The notes under the pieces are model-generated. The model was not told the DNA's origin, made no database searches, and worked only from the letters and a program-made list of their open reading frames with translations. From Patescibacteria group bacterium (GTDB taxonomy: Bacteria; Patescibacteriota; Patescibacteriia; JAHJFT01), in assembly GCA_028710985.1 (NCBI GenBank), contig JAQTTB010000002.1, positions 86,750 through 150,749 on the forward strand: a stretch of 64,000 bases of DNA. Direction: 5' to 3'. Below, in pieces: positions 53,614-63,400 of this stretch (positions are counted from its first letter, which is position 1; each line of letters opens with the position of its first letter). The position numbers were made by a program, and so were the translations under genes.

Positions 53614-55401
53614 TTATCGTTCCGACGGTACCTCCAAGTAGTTTAACAGAAATTTGGCCATTTCGCCAAACAGAGGCGCGGCCGAACTCTCGGCCCACTG
53701 CACATCACGCGGATGATCGATTTTGACCAGCATGACAAAGGCCGGATTTTGCGCCGGCGCGAATCCGGCAAACGTACCAATCGTGATGTTTGGATCATAC
53801 CCCGGCTGACCGTCGCTTCGCGGCACCTGCGCCGTTCCGGTTTTACCGGCCACGTAATATCCGGACACGCCGGCGCGCTGGCCATGACCGTTCTCCACCA
53901 CCGATACCAGCATGCCGGAAAGCAAAGTCGCAGTTCTGGCTGAAATAACCTGCTCGACCACTTTTGGTTCGCTAATCGTCTCCGAACCGTCGGGAGACAC
54001 AATCTTATCAATTACGTAGGGTTTGACAAGCTTGCCGCCGTTCGCAATCGCGGCAAACGCGGTCGCGACCTGTAGAGGGGTCGCGGTAATCCCCTGCCCG
54101 AAAGAAGCCGTTGCCGCAAAAATATCGCCTCTCTTGTCCAGGCTGGAAATATCGCCCGCCTGTTCGGTCTCAAGTTCAATCTCCGTCATCTGTCCGAATC
54201 CAAAATTTTTCACGTACTCCTGAAATTTATCCTTGCCGATTTGCTCCATTGCATATATCGCTCCGGTATTGAGCGATAGCTCCAGGACCTGCGTCATTGT
54301 TTGAATACCGTGCGCCTGCTCATCGCTGTTTTTTATTACATGATCGCCGTATTTAATTTCTCCGGCGTCTTCATATGTTGATTTCGGCGTTACTTTATCT
54401 TGATCCAGCGCTGCCGCCATGGTAATGGCTTTAAAAACCGAGCCCGGCTCATACGAATTGAATATTGCCGAATTATTAAACGTTGTAATATCCTCTACTT
54501 CATTATATTTTCCGGAATCAAAATCCGGCGCCGAACACATGGCAAGAATTTTTCCGTCAGGCCGCATGACAATAATCGAACCGCCGTCGGCCCCGTGCTT
54601 TTCAACCGCCGCTTTAAGCCGGCTGCACGCCTGATACTGTATATTCCGGTCGATGGTAAGATAGATGTCATCACCGTCAACCGCGGGCTTGAAACTCCGA
54701 TCCGCGACCGTAATCCAGCTGCCGGTCGCATCAAGTACTGAATGTAAAAAACCCGGTTCGCCGGCCAATTCGCGATCAAAATATCCTTCAACGCCGTACT
54801 TTCCGCTTCTTTCTCCGCCCTCATCCGATCCGACGAATCCGATTAAATGCCCGCCCAATCCATTTTCCGGATAAAACCGCGTGCTTTCTTTAATAAACGC
54901 AATTCCTTGAAAATTTAAATCTTTGATTTTTTGCGCCACGTCATCAGTCAAGCCGTGCTGAATTGGCTCATACGGATCGCTCTTGTCGGAAAGGCGCGCC
55001 GCAAGCTTGGTTTTCTCCTCGTCACTAAACTGCAATATTCCCTGAAGCCCGTTCAGCACTTCTTCCGGATTATCGATATTCCGCGAATCCGCGTAAAGGA
55101 GATTCAGTTCTTCATTGGTTGCGATTATGTATTTATTTTCGCTTAATTCGTCGCCGGCATAAATCGTACCGCGTTCTGGAAAAAGATTTTTATAAATCTC
55201 ATGCTGGTCCGAAGCAAGCGCGGCATAGAATGAATGCTCGAGCGCCTGCAGAATAAAAAGCTTAGCGCCAATTACGACCGCGAGTATAATAAAAAGAATT
55301 TTCAATAATCTCAGCCGTGAGCTGAAAAGAGACGAGATATACCGCTTGTCCTGTTTTTTATAATTTGACCAACTCTGCTTGCTCATAAAATTAATAATCA
55401 A
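53614..55401 (-). CDS. ftsI: Peptidoglycan D,D-transpeptidase (class B PBP, FtsI/PBP2)
   Basis: Transmembrane helix, dimerisation domain, and the transpeptidase SxxK / SxN / KTG motifs (SVFK, SLN, KTGT). Confidence 0.85.
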   Translation of the reverse strand: MIINFMSKQSWSNYKKQDKRYISSLFSSRLRLLKILFIILAVVIGAKLFILQALEHSFYAALASDQHEIYKNLFPERGTIYAGDELSENKYIIATNEELNLLYADSRNIDNPEEVLNGLQGILQFSDEEKTKLAARLSDKSDPYEPIQHGLTDDVAQKIKDLNFQGIAFIKESTRFYPENGLGGHLIGFVGSDEGGERSGKYGVEGYFDRELAGEPGFLHSVLDATGSWITVADRSFKPAVDGDDIYLTIDRNIQYQACSRLKAAVEKHGADGGSIIVMRPDGKILAMCSAPDFDSGKYNEVEDITTFNNSAIFNSYEPGSVFKAITMAAALDQDKVTPKSTYEDAGEIKYGDHVIKNSDEQAHGIQTMTQVLELSLNTGAIYAMEQIGKDKFQEYVKNFGFGQMTEIELETEQAGDISSLDKRGDIFAATASFGQGITATPLQVATAFAAIANGGKLVKPYVIDKIVSPDGSETISEPKVVEQVISARTATLLSGMLVSVVENGHGQRAGVSGYYVAGKTGTAQVPRSDGQPGYDPNITIGTFAGFAPAQNPAFVMLVKIDHPRDVQWAESSAAPLFGEMAKFLLNYLEVPSER

Positions 55402-56626
55402 AAAGCATACCCTCGCCGGCCGGATTCCGTCCGTTCTTCACCTCTTCGCCGTCATCCATGCCGTCGCTGTCAGTATCCGGATTATTCGGATTCGTACCCA
55501 GGGAAAATTCAAAAGTATCATAAAGTCCGTCGCGGTCCGCGTCGCGAAAGCCCGACTCGTCAATCGCTCCTCCCCCGGCGCCGCCGCTCGTCTGAAGAAC
55601 CGTTGAGCCCTGCCCAAACGACTCTGTCCCGCCCTCGGGCAGCGACTCGGCTTCGCCGGCCTGCGGCAAGCCACCGGCGCCGCGCAGAATATCGCGCGCC
55701 GGTTTGGCATTCTCCGGAGCCTCAATTGATTGTTCGCCGTTAAAATCTGAAAGATTTAATACAATCGCGAAATTCACGTCGGTTCCGTTATCCTGCGCAT
55801 AATTCCCGCGCACAACGATCCGATAAATATTCTTATTGCTCCAGCCGATCCAGAATTCAATGTCCATGCCCCCAATTTTATTTATCCAATCTTCAATGCG
55901 CGGTAATTCGCTTGGCTTGAGACCGCGTCCGCGCGTAATTAAATTATAATTTTTTACAAACTCCAAAGCCGCGTCTTTGTCCAGTTCAACACTAAAACCG
56001 CGCACTAAATTAAATCCAAAAAAGTCATAACCTATTTTTTCTTTAAATTTAAAAAGCCGGCTGTCGATAATAAGCCGCCTTATATCTGTCACCTGCTGCG
56101 CCGCAAGATTATGATTAATCCATCCGCAGAACTGTTCAAAAAAATCCTGGTCCGTCTCAGCCGATTTGTCAAAAAACGGTTCAAGATTGATTTCCTCACT
56201 GGTCGGCGCTTTATCAATCTCAATAAACGAGCCGTCCGCGGTTACGGTTTGTGAAAAATCAATAACGTATTTATTTTTTTGGCCTTTATCATATGCCGTA
56301 ATTCTCGCGTCCGCGATATACGGCATGCCCGGCGTCGCCGTGTCAATCACTCCGAAAATATTGCCTTTAATCTTGCCCTCGGCCTGATGCACTTTTTTGG
56401 AATAACCCAGACCGCTTATCACGGTTCCGGGCTTTATCAAATTTCCAACCGCCTCAAACTGTAAATCATAATATGCGGTTTCAACCCGCGCGAACTTTTT
56501 AATCGCCACCGCGAGAAATGCCTCCGGCAAAGTAACAAAATACGCGTAAACGCCGACAATCAAAAAAACACCAATCACGAAAAATATAATCCAGAGAACG
56601 ATTTTGGTGTTTTCAAAAATTCTCAT
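55391..56626 (-). CDS. Membrane-anchored extracytoplasmic protein with C-terminal thrombospondin-type-3-like calcium-binding repeats
   Basis: DADRDGLYD...NPNNPDTDSDGMDDGEE repeats (DxDxDG). Confidence 0.45.
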   Translation of the reverse strand: MRIFENTKIVLWIIFFVIGVFLIVGVYAYFVTLPEAFLAVAIKKFARVETAYYDLQFEAVGNLIKPGTVISGLGYSKKVHQAEGKIKGNIFGVIDTATPGMPYIADARITAYDKGQKNKYVIDFSQTVTADGSFIEIDKAPTSEEINLEPFFDKSAETDQDFFEQFCGWINHNLAAQQVTDIRRLIIDSRLFKFKEKIGYDFFGFNLVRGFSVELDKDAALEFVKNYNLITRGRGLKPSELPRIEDWINKIGGMDIEFWIGWSNKNIYRIVVRGNYAQDNGTDVNFAIVLNLSDFNGEQSIEAPENAKPARDILRGAGGLPQAGEAESLPEGGTESFGQGSTVLQTSGGAGGGAIDESGFRDADRDGLYDTFEFSLGTNPNNPDTDSDGMDDGEEVKNGRNPAGEGMLFDY

Positions 56627-56946
56627 AGCCCCAAATTGGCGGCGTTTATTTCAACCCAGTCACTATCCTTCCAGATATAGGCTTTAAAGGTCTGGCTGTA
56701 TTCATCTTCGGAATAAATATAATCAACCGCCGCCGTATCGCCCATGCGCTTGGAATAAGTCATCTTTTTATCCAGCACAACCGGCTTGGTTGTGCGTTCT
56801 ATGCGGATGCGCCCCATCGGACCCTCAAAAACAAGCCATTCAACCCTTGAGCGCGGGATGTCCTCGAGCTCGCCGCTGTTTTCTTCCTCAACCTTAAAAC
56901 TGTCTTTCACTATGCCTTTTATTTTGTCCCATTTTTCATCATTCAT
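56623..56946 (-). CDS. Hypothetical protein
   Basis: Coding-like composition; tightly coupled to the neighbouring genes. Confidence 0.3.
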   Translation of the reverse strand: MNDEKWDKIKGIVKDSFKVEEENSGELEDIPRSRVEWLVFEGPMGRIRIERTTKPVVLDKKMTYSKRMGDTAAVDYIYSEDEYSQTFKAYIWKDSDWVEINAANLGL

Positions 56947-56947
56947 A

Positions 56948-57466
56948 TCAGCTTAAAAATTTTACCAATGCCCGGCCGAATTTTCCGGCTGCCGACGGCC
57001 CTCGTGCCGTGATAATTTTTCCGTCAACTTCCACCAGCTCTCCGGTCCATTTCGCGCCGGCTTCCTCAAGCTCGGTTTGCCCGCCGGACCACGAAGTCGC
57101 TGACTTGGCCGAAAGTATTCCGGCGTTCGCCAGAATCAGCGGCGCCACGCAGATTGCCGCCACGATCTTACCCAGATCGTAAAAATCACGCGCCAAATCC
57201 ACAAAACTCGGTTCTTTAACATGCTCGCCCATGCCCGGTCCGCCGACAAAAATCACGGCGTCAAAATCTTCGGCCCTCACTTCATCGGCCGCGAAATCCA
57301 CATCAAGGCTCTTGCCGTTTTCGCTCGTCGCGATGCCGGAATCCAAAGAAGCAACCTGCACCACGGCACCTTCTTTTTCAAGAATCTCCCTAGGAATAAA
57401 GCACTCATCGTCTTTAAAACCCTCGGGCGCGACAACCATCAATATTTTCTTACTTCGCAACGCCAT
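56948..57466 (-). CDS. DJ-1/PfpI-family protein
   Basis: Nucleophile-elbow Cys AICVAP in a class-I glutamine-amidotransferase-like fold. Confidence 0.8.
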   Translation of the reverse strand: MALRSKKILMVVAPEGFKDDECFIPREILEKEGAVVQVASLDSGIATSENGKSLDVDFAADEVRAEDFDAVIFVGGPGMGEHVKEPSFVDLARDFYDLGKIVAAICVAPLILANAGILSAKSATSWSGGQTELEEAGAKWTGELVEVDGKIITARGPSAAGKFGRALVKFLS

Positions 57467-57476
57467 ATTTTATTTA

Positions 57477-57581
57477 GTCAAAAGTTAAAAGTTAAAAGTC
57501 TAAAGTCAAGTCCAAAGTCTAAAAGTTATTGACTTAACGACTTTTAACTCAACTTTTAACTTTAGACTTTTGACTTTTAAC
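57477..57581. repeat. Long (about 105 bp) AT-rich imperfect palindrome built from AAAAGTT / AAAGTCT units, abutting the rarA stop codon
   Basis: The left arm gtcaaaagttaaaagttaaaagtctaaagtc is approximately the reverse complement of the right arm gactttagacttttgacttttaac. Confidence 0.55.
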
Positions 57582-58893
57582 TATTCAAATATTTCCGTCC
57601 CTTCAATTCTTCGGGCAGATAGTCCTGTTCCACCTTGCCCTCGTAATTTGGATTGTATTTATACCCCTTGCCATATCCCAGATCCTTCATTAAATCCGTA
57701 GGCGCGTTCCGGATATGCAAGGGCACGGGCAAATTCTCCAACTCTTTAATATCTTTCTGCACGCTGCAGTATGCCATGTAAAGTTTGTTTGATTTCGGAG
57801 CTTTGGAAAGATATGCCACGGCCTGCGCCAGAATTACGTTGCATTCCGGCATGCCGAGATAATGCGATGCCGTGAACGCCGAAACCGCTTGAACCAGCGC
57901 GTTTGGATCCGCAAGGCCGATATCCTCGCTTGCGAACCGGACCAGCCGCCGCGCCACATAAAGCGGGTCTTCACCACCCTCGAGCATGCGGCCGAGCCAA
58001 TAAAGCGCCGCATTCGCATCCGAACCGCGCATTGACTTATGCAGAGCGGAAATTATGTTGTAATGCTCTTCGCCGGTCTTGTCATACAAAAGATGTGTCC
58101 GCTGGAGCGCCTCGGCGAGGTCCTTCAGCTCCAATTTTACCATTTTTTGACCGTTTTTTGAAGTGGAGTTAACCGCAGTCTCCAGGGCGTTTAACGCGGT
58201 CCGCGCATCTCCGGCCGCCATGTTGGCAAGATAATCCAGGACTTTTGGCTCAACTTGAATATTCATTGCCCCGAGTCCCCTGACTTCATCTCGAAGGGCG
58301 AAGTCCAGAATACGCCGGGTTTCCGCGGGCTTGAGCAGGTTCAAAACAAAAACCCGGCACCGCGATAAAAGCGCGGAATTTACTTCAAAGCTCGGATTTT
58401 CGGTTGTCGCACCGATTAAAATTATGTTTCCCTGTTCAACGTGCGGCAAAAACGCGTCCTGCTGGGCTTTGTTGAAACGGTGTATTTCGTCAACAAAAAA
58501 TATTGTTTTTTTAAGATAGAGCCGGCGGTCTTCTTTGGCTTTTTCAATAATCTTTTTGACCTCGGCGATTCCCGTGGAAACGGCTGTAACCTCCACGAAA
58601 TTTGATTTGGTCTGATTGGCAATAATTTTCGCGAGCGTTGTCTTGCCGGTTCCGGGCGGACCCCAAAAAATCATTGAAGGCGGCTGATCGCTCTCCAGAA
58701 GATTGCGCAGCATTTTGCCTTCGCCGACCAAATGCTCCTGGCCGACGAACTCGCTCAAAGTCCTTGGCCTCATACGATCCGCGAGCGGCGAGGGTGTGCG
58801 CCTTAGGTTTTGACTAAATAAATCCATAATGATAAACTGTTGCCAATATTTCAAGGAGGAAGGGATGAATAAGGTAAGGGAGTTCTTTTCCAA
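57577..58893 (-). CDS. rarA: Replication-associated recombination protein A (RarA/MgsA AAA+ ATPase)
   Basis: Walker A GPPGTGKTT, Walker B FVDEIHRFNK, MgsA C-terminal domains. Confidence 0.85.
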   Translation of the reverse strand: MEKNSLTLFIPSSLKYWQQFIIMDLFSQNLRRTPSPLADRMRPRTLSEFVGQEHLVGEGKMLRNLLESDQPPSMIFWGPPGTGKTTLAKIIANQTKSNFVEVTAVSTGIAEVKKIIEKAKEDRRLYLKKTIFFVDEIHRFNKAQQDAFLPHVEQGNIILIGATTENPSFEVNSALLSRCRVFVLNLLKPAETRRILDFALRDEVRGLGAMNIQVEPKVLDYLANMAAGDARTALNALETAVNSTSKNGQKMVKLELKDLAEALQRTHLLYDKTGEEHYNIISALHKSMRGSDANAALYWLGRMLEGGEDPLYVARRLVRFASEDIGLADPNALVQAVSAFTASHYLGMPECNVILAQAVAYLSKAPKSNKLYMAYCSVQKDIKELENLPVPLHIRNAPTDLMKDLGYGKGYKYNPNYEGKVEQDYLPEELKGRKYLNS

Positions 58894-59083
58894 TCTCTGG
58901 GATGACGAACTGTGGCGAGACTTTCGCTGCCATTTCGGCTTTCATCAGCCGCCCCATCGGTCGCCTTCGGACATTGAACCCGGCAAAACCGACTTCTTCT
59001 GTCCACATTGCGGACTCGTCCTCAAGACCGTCTCTTATGAGCGGCCGGAAGATGCCCTGCACACCTGGGTACTGGATGGCTAA
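58865..59083 (+). CDS. Small hypothetical protein with a CPHCG half zinc-finger
   Basis: 72 aa starting at the internal Met; followed by a terminator at 59092-59119. Confidence 0.3.
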   Translation: MNKVREFFSNLWDDELWRDFRCHFGFHQPPHRSPSDIEPGKTDFFCPHCGLVLKTVSYERPEDALHTWVLDG

Positions 59084-59091
59084 CGCGTCTC

Positions 59092-59119
59092 GTCTCCCGC
59101 GGTGCGGGAGACTTTTTTA
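59092..59119 (+). terminator. Intrinsic terminator (gtctcccgc ggtg cgggagac followed by T6)
   Basis: Seen directly. Confidence 0.65.
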
Positions 59120-59138
59120 TTTAATATAAGCGAAATTC

Positions 59139-59167
59139 TTGACTTAATATTACAAACATGCTAGAAT
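59139..59167 (+). promoter_or_regulatory. Sigma-70 promoter TTGACT-17-TAGAAT, probably the original tRNA-Pro promoter and now 420 bp upstream of the tRNA
   Basis: Seen directly. Confidence 0.5.
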
Positions 59168-59190
59168 TTAGTCAAATTATTCTTCATCGG

Positions 59191-59211
59191 GCCTGCCTGC
59201 GGCAGGCAGGC
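59191..59211. repeat. REP-like perfect palindrome (GCCTGCCTGCGGCAGGCAGGC) inserted into a copy of the tRNA-Pro 5' end (catcgggc|REP|ctgtagc)
   Basis: Further copies are at 59753-59772, 59799-59814, 60442-60461 and nested at 63673-63712. Confidence 0.6.
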
Positions 59212-59230
59212 TGTAGCTTAATACTCAATT

Positions 59231-59284
59231 AATATTTCATCGGGCTGTAGCGTCCCGACATTCCGCCGCGGGCGGAAGTCGGGA
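59231..59284 (+). repeat. 22-nt direct repeat DR1 (aatatttcatcgggctgtagcg, identical to the tRNA-Pro leader plus 5' end at 59574-59595) followed by the conserved 32-nt hairpin tcccgacattccgccgcgggcggaagtcggga
   Basis: The hairpin has the same stems as the tRNA-Lys-linked copy at 12897-12928; differences fall only in unpaired positions. Confidence 0.6.
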
Positions 59285-59309
59285 CTCATACTTTAGAATA
59301 TTAAAAAAG

Positions 59310-59627
59310 ATGAGAAAAGGATTTGTATATATTTTACAAAGCACCTCTAATGGTAGATTTTATATCGGCTCTAGCACAGATGTAGCGCATCGACTAATTG
59401 ATCATAATTACGGCAGAGTGAAATCAACGAAAAACAAGGGGCCATGGGTATTAAAGCTTGTACAATCCTATGATACAATTACCGAGGCAAAACAAATTGA
59501 ATACAGACTAAAAAAATTAAAGCGTCGAGATTTTATTGAAAAAATCATCGAAGAGGGCCATATTAAGCTAAAGAATATTTCATCGGGCTGTAGCGCAGTT
59601 GGTAGCGCGCATCGTTCGGGACGATGA
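59310..59627 (+). CDS. GIY-YIG nuclease-domain protein (about 90-aa domain; the reading frame runs on into tRNA-Pro DNA)
   Basis: GFVYILQS...NGRFYIGSSTDVAHRLIDHN is the GIY-YIG core; the last 15 codons are encoded by DR2 and the tRNA. Confidence 0.65.
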   Translation: MRKGFVYILQSTSNGRFYIGSSTDVAHRLIDHNYGRVKSTKNKGPWVLKLVQSYDTITEAKQIEYRLKKLKRRDFIEKIIEEGHIKLKNISSGCSAVGSAHRSGR

Positions 59628-59659
59628 GGCCGCGGGTTCGAGTCCCGCCAGCCCGACCA
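59584..59659 (+). tRNA. tRNA-Pro (anticodon CGG)
   Basis: C1:G72 acceptor pair typical of bacterial tRNA-Pro, D-arm gcgc/gcgc, anticodon loop ttCGGga with G37, T-arm gcggg-ttcgagt-cccgc, encoded CCA. Confidence 0.85.
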
Positions 59660-59784
59660 TTATAAATACAAATCTATTTCGAAAAGGGACTCGAAGGGCG
59701 CGAGAAAATGCGACCCTGGGAGCATTTGGTGCGCAGCGCCCCGGACCGCGAGCCTGCCTGCCGGCAGGCAGGTCGGAGCGAGCG

Positions 59785-59823
59785 GGAGTCCCGCCAGCCT
59801 GCCTGCCGCAGGCAGACCCGACC
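59785..59823 (+). repeat. Duplicate of the tRNA-Pro 3' end (gagtcccgccagcc...cccgacca) interrupted by a REP palindrome
   Basis: Seen directly, 126 bp downstream of the intact tRNA. Confidence 0.55.
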
Positions 59824-59835
59824 AAAAAATAAATA

Positions 59836-59868
59836 AAACCGCCGCCGGATACCGGGGCGGTTTTTGAA
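59836..59868. terminator. Bidirectional intrinsic terminator (ccgccgccgg ata ccggggcgg followed by a T run)
   Basis: Seen directly between the tRNA-Pro region and cobA. Confidence 0.55.
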
Positions 59869-59877
59869 TTTAATTCG

Positions 59878-60408
59878 CTAATAATCAATTCCCGCTCTCG
59901 CCGCGACACCCTGATCCATATAATGCTTCACATTCCTCATGTCAGTCACCAGATCCGCGGCCTGCATTATTTCCGGCCGCGCGTTGCGTCCGGTAAGCAC
60001 CAATTCAATGCGCTCCGGCTTGGGCAAAATCAAATCCAGAACATCGGCGAGCGCGACAAGTTCCTGATGCAGAATATTATTAATCTCGTCAAGAATCAAA
60101 ACATCATGCTCGGCGCGTTCCAGGATCTCGCGCGCGATTTCCAATCCCCTTTTTGCTTCCCACCTGTCCTCATCGGTTACCGAAAAATCAAATTGATCCG
60201 TTGCTGGGTTAAACCTCGCGCGGCCGCATGCCCAAAAATCAATTTCGTCTGCAAAACGCTTTTCAAACATCTTTCTTTCCGAATAAAAATCCCCGCCCTT
60301 GTCAAAATACACAATCGCCACGCGCCGTCCTGACTGCACCGCCCTCATCGCAAGTCCGATTGCCGCCGTGGTCTTCCCTTTTCCATCACCAGTATAGACA
60401 TGTATCAT
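59878..60408 (-). CDS. cobA: Cob(I)alamin adenosyltransferase (CobA/BtuR/CobO type)
   Basis: P-loop MIHVYTGDGKGKTTAAIGLA and the LDEINN block; 176 aa. Confidence 0.8.
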   Translation of the reverse strand: MIHVYTGDGKGKTTAAIGLAMRAVQSGRRVAIVYFDKGGDFYSERKMFEKRFADEIDFWACGRARFNPATDQFDFSVTDEDRWEAKRGLEIAREILERAEHDVLILDEINNILHQELVALADVLDLILPKPERIELVLTGRNARPEIMQAADLVTDMRNVKHYMDQGVAARAGIDY

Positions 60409-60441
60409 CTCGTAGAGATTATTGTATTAAATTCCTACAAG

Positions 60442-60461
60442 CCTGCCTGCCGGCAGGCAGG
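60442..60461. repeat. REP-like palindrome CCTGCCTGCCGGCAGGCAGG between cobA and nrdJ, followed by TTCCTACAAGCTACAAGCT
   Basis: Seen directly. Confidence 0.6.
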
Positions 60462-60486
60462 CTACTTCCTACAAGCTACAAGCTCG

Positions 60487-63400
60487 TCAGGAGCAGCCGC
60501 TCGTTCCTCCGCAGTTCAAACATTTATAGCACGCGCCGTTTCTCACCATCATGCTGCCGCAGGTATCGCAAACCGGCGCGTCGGCTTGCATGTCAAAAGT
60601 CACTGTGTCATCCTGTCCGAGCTGGCGGCCGAGCGGTAATTTTTGTTTTTTCAAATCAATCTCTTCAACCTTTTCCGAGGGCGTCTGCGTCTCTATCTGC
60701 TGGGGCAGTTCCTGCGGCGCGTTGATGCCGATCATTGCCTGCTCTTCGGCCGGCAAAAATTTCATAGACAACCAGCGGAAAATATAATCAATAATTGATT
60801 TCGCGATACGGATATTCGGATTGTTAGTCACACCCGACGGCTCAAACCGCATGTGCGCGAATTTATTCACCAGCACGCGGAGCGGCACTCCGTACTGCAT
60901 GCCAATTGAAACTGACGTGGCAAATGCGTCCATGAGTCCGGAGATCACGCTGCCCGTCTTGCTCATGGTGATAAAAATCTCTCCTGGTTCGCCGTTGTCA
61001 AACATACCGACCGTAATATAACCCTCGTGATTGGCTACCGAGAATTTATGGGTGATAGAACGGCGCTCATCCGGCATACGGCGGCGGCGCGGCTTGTACT
61101 CTTCGGCTCTTGCCTCGGCCGCTTTTGCCGGTTTCACATCCTTGCCGTCTTTCGAAGTAGTGAGCGGCTGGGTGCGTTTTGAATTGTTGCGGTAGATCGC
61201 GATTGCCTTAAGACCAGAACGCCAGGCCAGCATATAAGTTTCCGCGATTTCATCTTCGGTCGCATCCTCCGGCATGTTTACGGTTTTGGAAATCGCACCC
61301 GAAAGAAACGGCTGGACCGCGGACATCATTTTCACGTGTCCGATGTAATGGATACTTCGCTTGCCGTTCTGCGGTTTAAAAGCGCAGTCAAAAACCTTGA
61401 GATGCTCTTCTTTGAGATTCGGCGCGCCCTCAATCGTATCGTTCGCGTCAATGTATTCCAGGATCAACTTTACCTGTTCGGCCGGATATCCCAGATCGGC
61501 AAGCGCTTCAGGCACGGTGTGATTAATCATTTTAATTAAGCCGCCGCCGACCAGCCATTTATATTTTACAAGCGCGATATCCGGCTCAATGCCCGTGGTA
61601 TCGCAATCCATCAAGAATCCGATCGTTCCGGTCGGCGCAAGAACCGTCACCTGCGCGTTCTTGTACCCGCTCTCTTGGCCGTGCGCCAAAGCCTCATCCC
61701 ACATGCGGTTTGCTGTTTCCAGAAGAAGCGGCGGCGCGCCCGCCGGTTCGATCCGCTGGCTCGCATCACGATGCATTTCAATCACACGCAAAAACGATTC
61801 TTCATTTTCCGGATAACAACGGAAGGTGCCCAGGCGTTCCGCCAGGCGGGCCGACTGGTCATAAGCCGTCGCGGTCATAAGAGATGTCACTCCGGCCGCG
61901 AAATTTCGTCCTTCATCACCGTCATAAGCCAGGCCGCGCGACATAAGAAGCGCGCCGAGATTGGCATACCCCAGCCCGAGCGGACGAAAATCCCGCGCGT
62001 TCTGCTCGATCGCCGGCGTAGGATAGGAAGAATTGTCAATCACAATCTCCTGCGCCGTGACCAAGGTCCGAGCGGTATGGATAAATTGTTGCGTATCAAA
62101 CTCACCGTCTTCACGACGGCATTTCATCAAATTGATTGAAGCGAGATTGCACGCCGAATCATCCAGAAACATATATTCCGAGCAGGGATTGGAGGCATTA
62201 ATGCGGCCCGACACCGGACAGGTGTGCCAGCGGTTCACGGTCGTGTCGAACTGCAGGCCCGGATCGCCGCAAATCCACGCCGCCTTGGAAATCTGCTTCA
62301 TCAAATCCTTGGCGCGAAATTTTTCAAGTGTCTCGCCGGTGGTCACTTTTTTTGTCGCCCACTCTTCATCCGCCTCAACCGCGTGCATGAAATCGTCGTT
62401 CACGCGCACGCTGTTATTTGCATTTTGAAAAAATATTGAATTATACGCCTCGCCGTCAAATGATCCGTCATACCCCGCGTCAATTAACGCCCATGCTTTT
62501 TTCTCTTCGCTGGATTTGCAGTTTATAAATTCAACAATATCCGGATGGTCAATATTTAAAATTACCATCTTGGCCGCGCGCCGCGTCTTGCCGCCGGACT
62601 TGATAACCCCGGCAAAAGCGTCAAAGCCCTTCATGAAAGAAACCGGCCCCGAAGACTTGCCCGACGAGGAACCCAGAAACTCTTTTGAAGAACGAAGTGA
62701 TGAAAGATTGCTGCCCGTTCCGGAACCGTATTTAAAAAGCATGCCCTCGGTCATCGCGAGGTTCAGAATCGAACGCATGTCATCCTGCACCGAATTAATA
62801 AAGCATGCCGATGTCTGCGGCCGCTCGCTGATACCCACATTAAACCAGACTGGGCTATTGAACGCCGCGTATTGATTCGCGAGAATATAACATAGCTCGT
62901 CTTCAAACGCCTGCGCGTCTTCCTGGGTTTCAAAATATCCACCGCAGCGCCCCCAGTCGGTAATCGTTTTTGTAACCCGGTCAATCATCTGCTTCAGGCT
63001 CAACTCCCGATCCGGTTTGCCAATCTGGCCGCGAAAATATTTGGAAACAACAATATTTGTCGCGGTTTGCGACCAGGCTTTGGGAACCTCAACATCCTTT
63101 TGCTCAAAAACCACCTCGCCCTTGTCGTTCGTGATGCGGGCGTCACGCCGCTCCCACTCAATCGCATCATATGGATGTACTCCCGGAACTGTAAAAAACC
63201 GCGTGAACCGGATGCCCGGACCGTAAACCGGAACCTTCTCCAGGCTCTGGCCTTTTTTCTGGCGGTAAGCAATAAAACACTTGGCCACGTGCGTCAGATT
63301 ATGGTCAATCAGCGTTACCTGAACAATTTCACGCACCTCATCGGACGTCGGGGTGGTGTGCCCGTTGAATTGATACGCCAGCCGGCTCAAGACCTGGCTC

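Noticed and set aside
59310-59627. The full 105-aa ORF as the native GIY-YIG protein
   Set aside because: The last 15 codons are encoded by the tRNA-Pro 5' repeat and the tRNA itself. The authentic domain is about 90 aa, and the extension is incidental read-through into the target.
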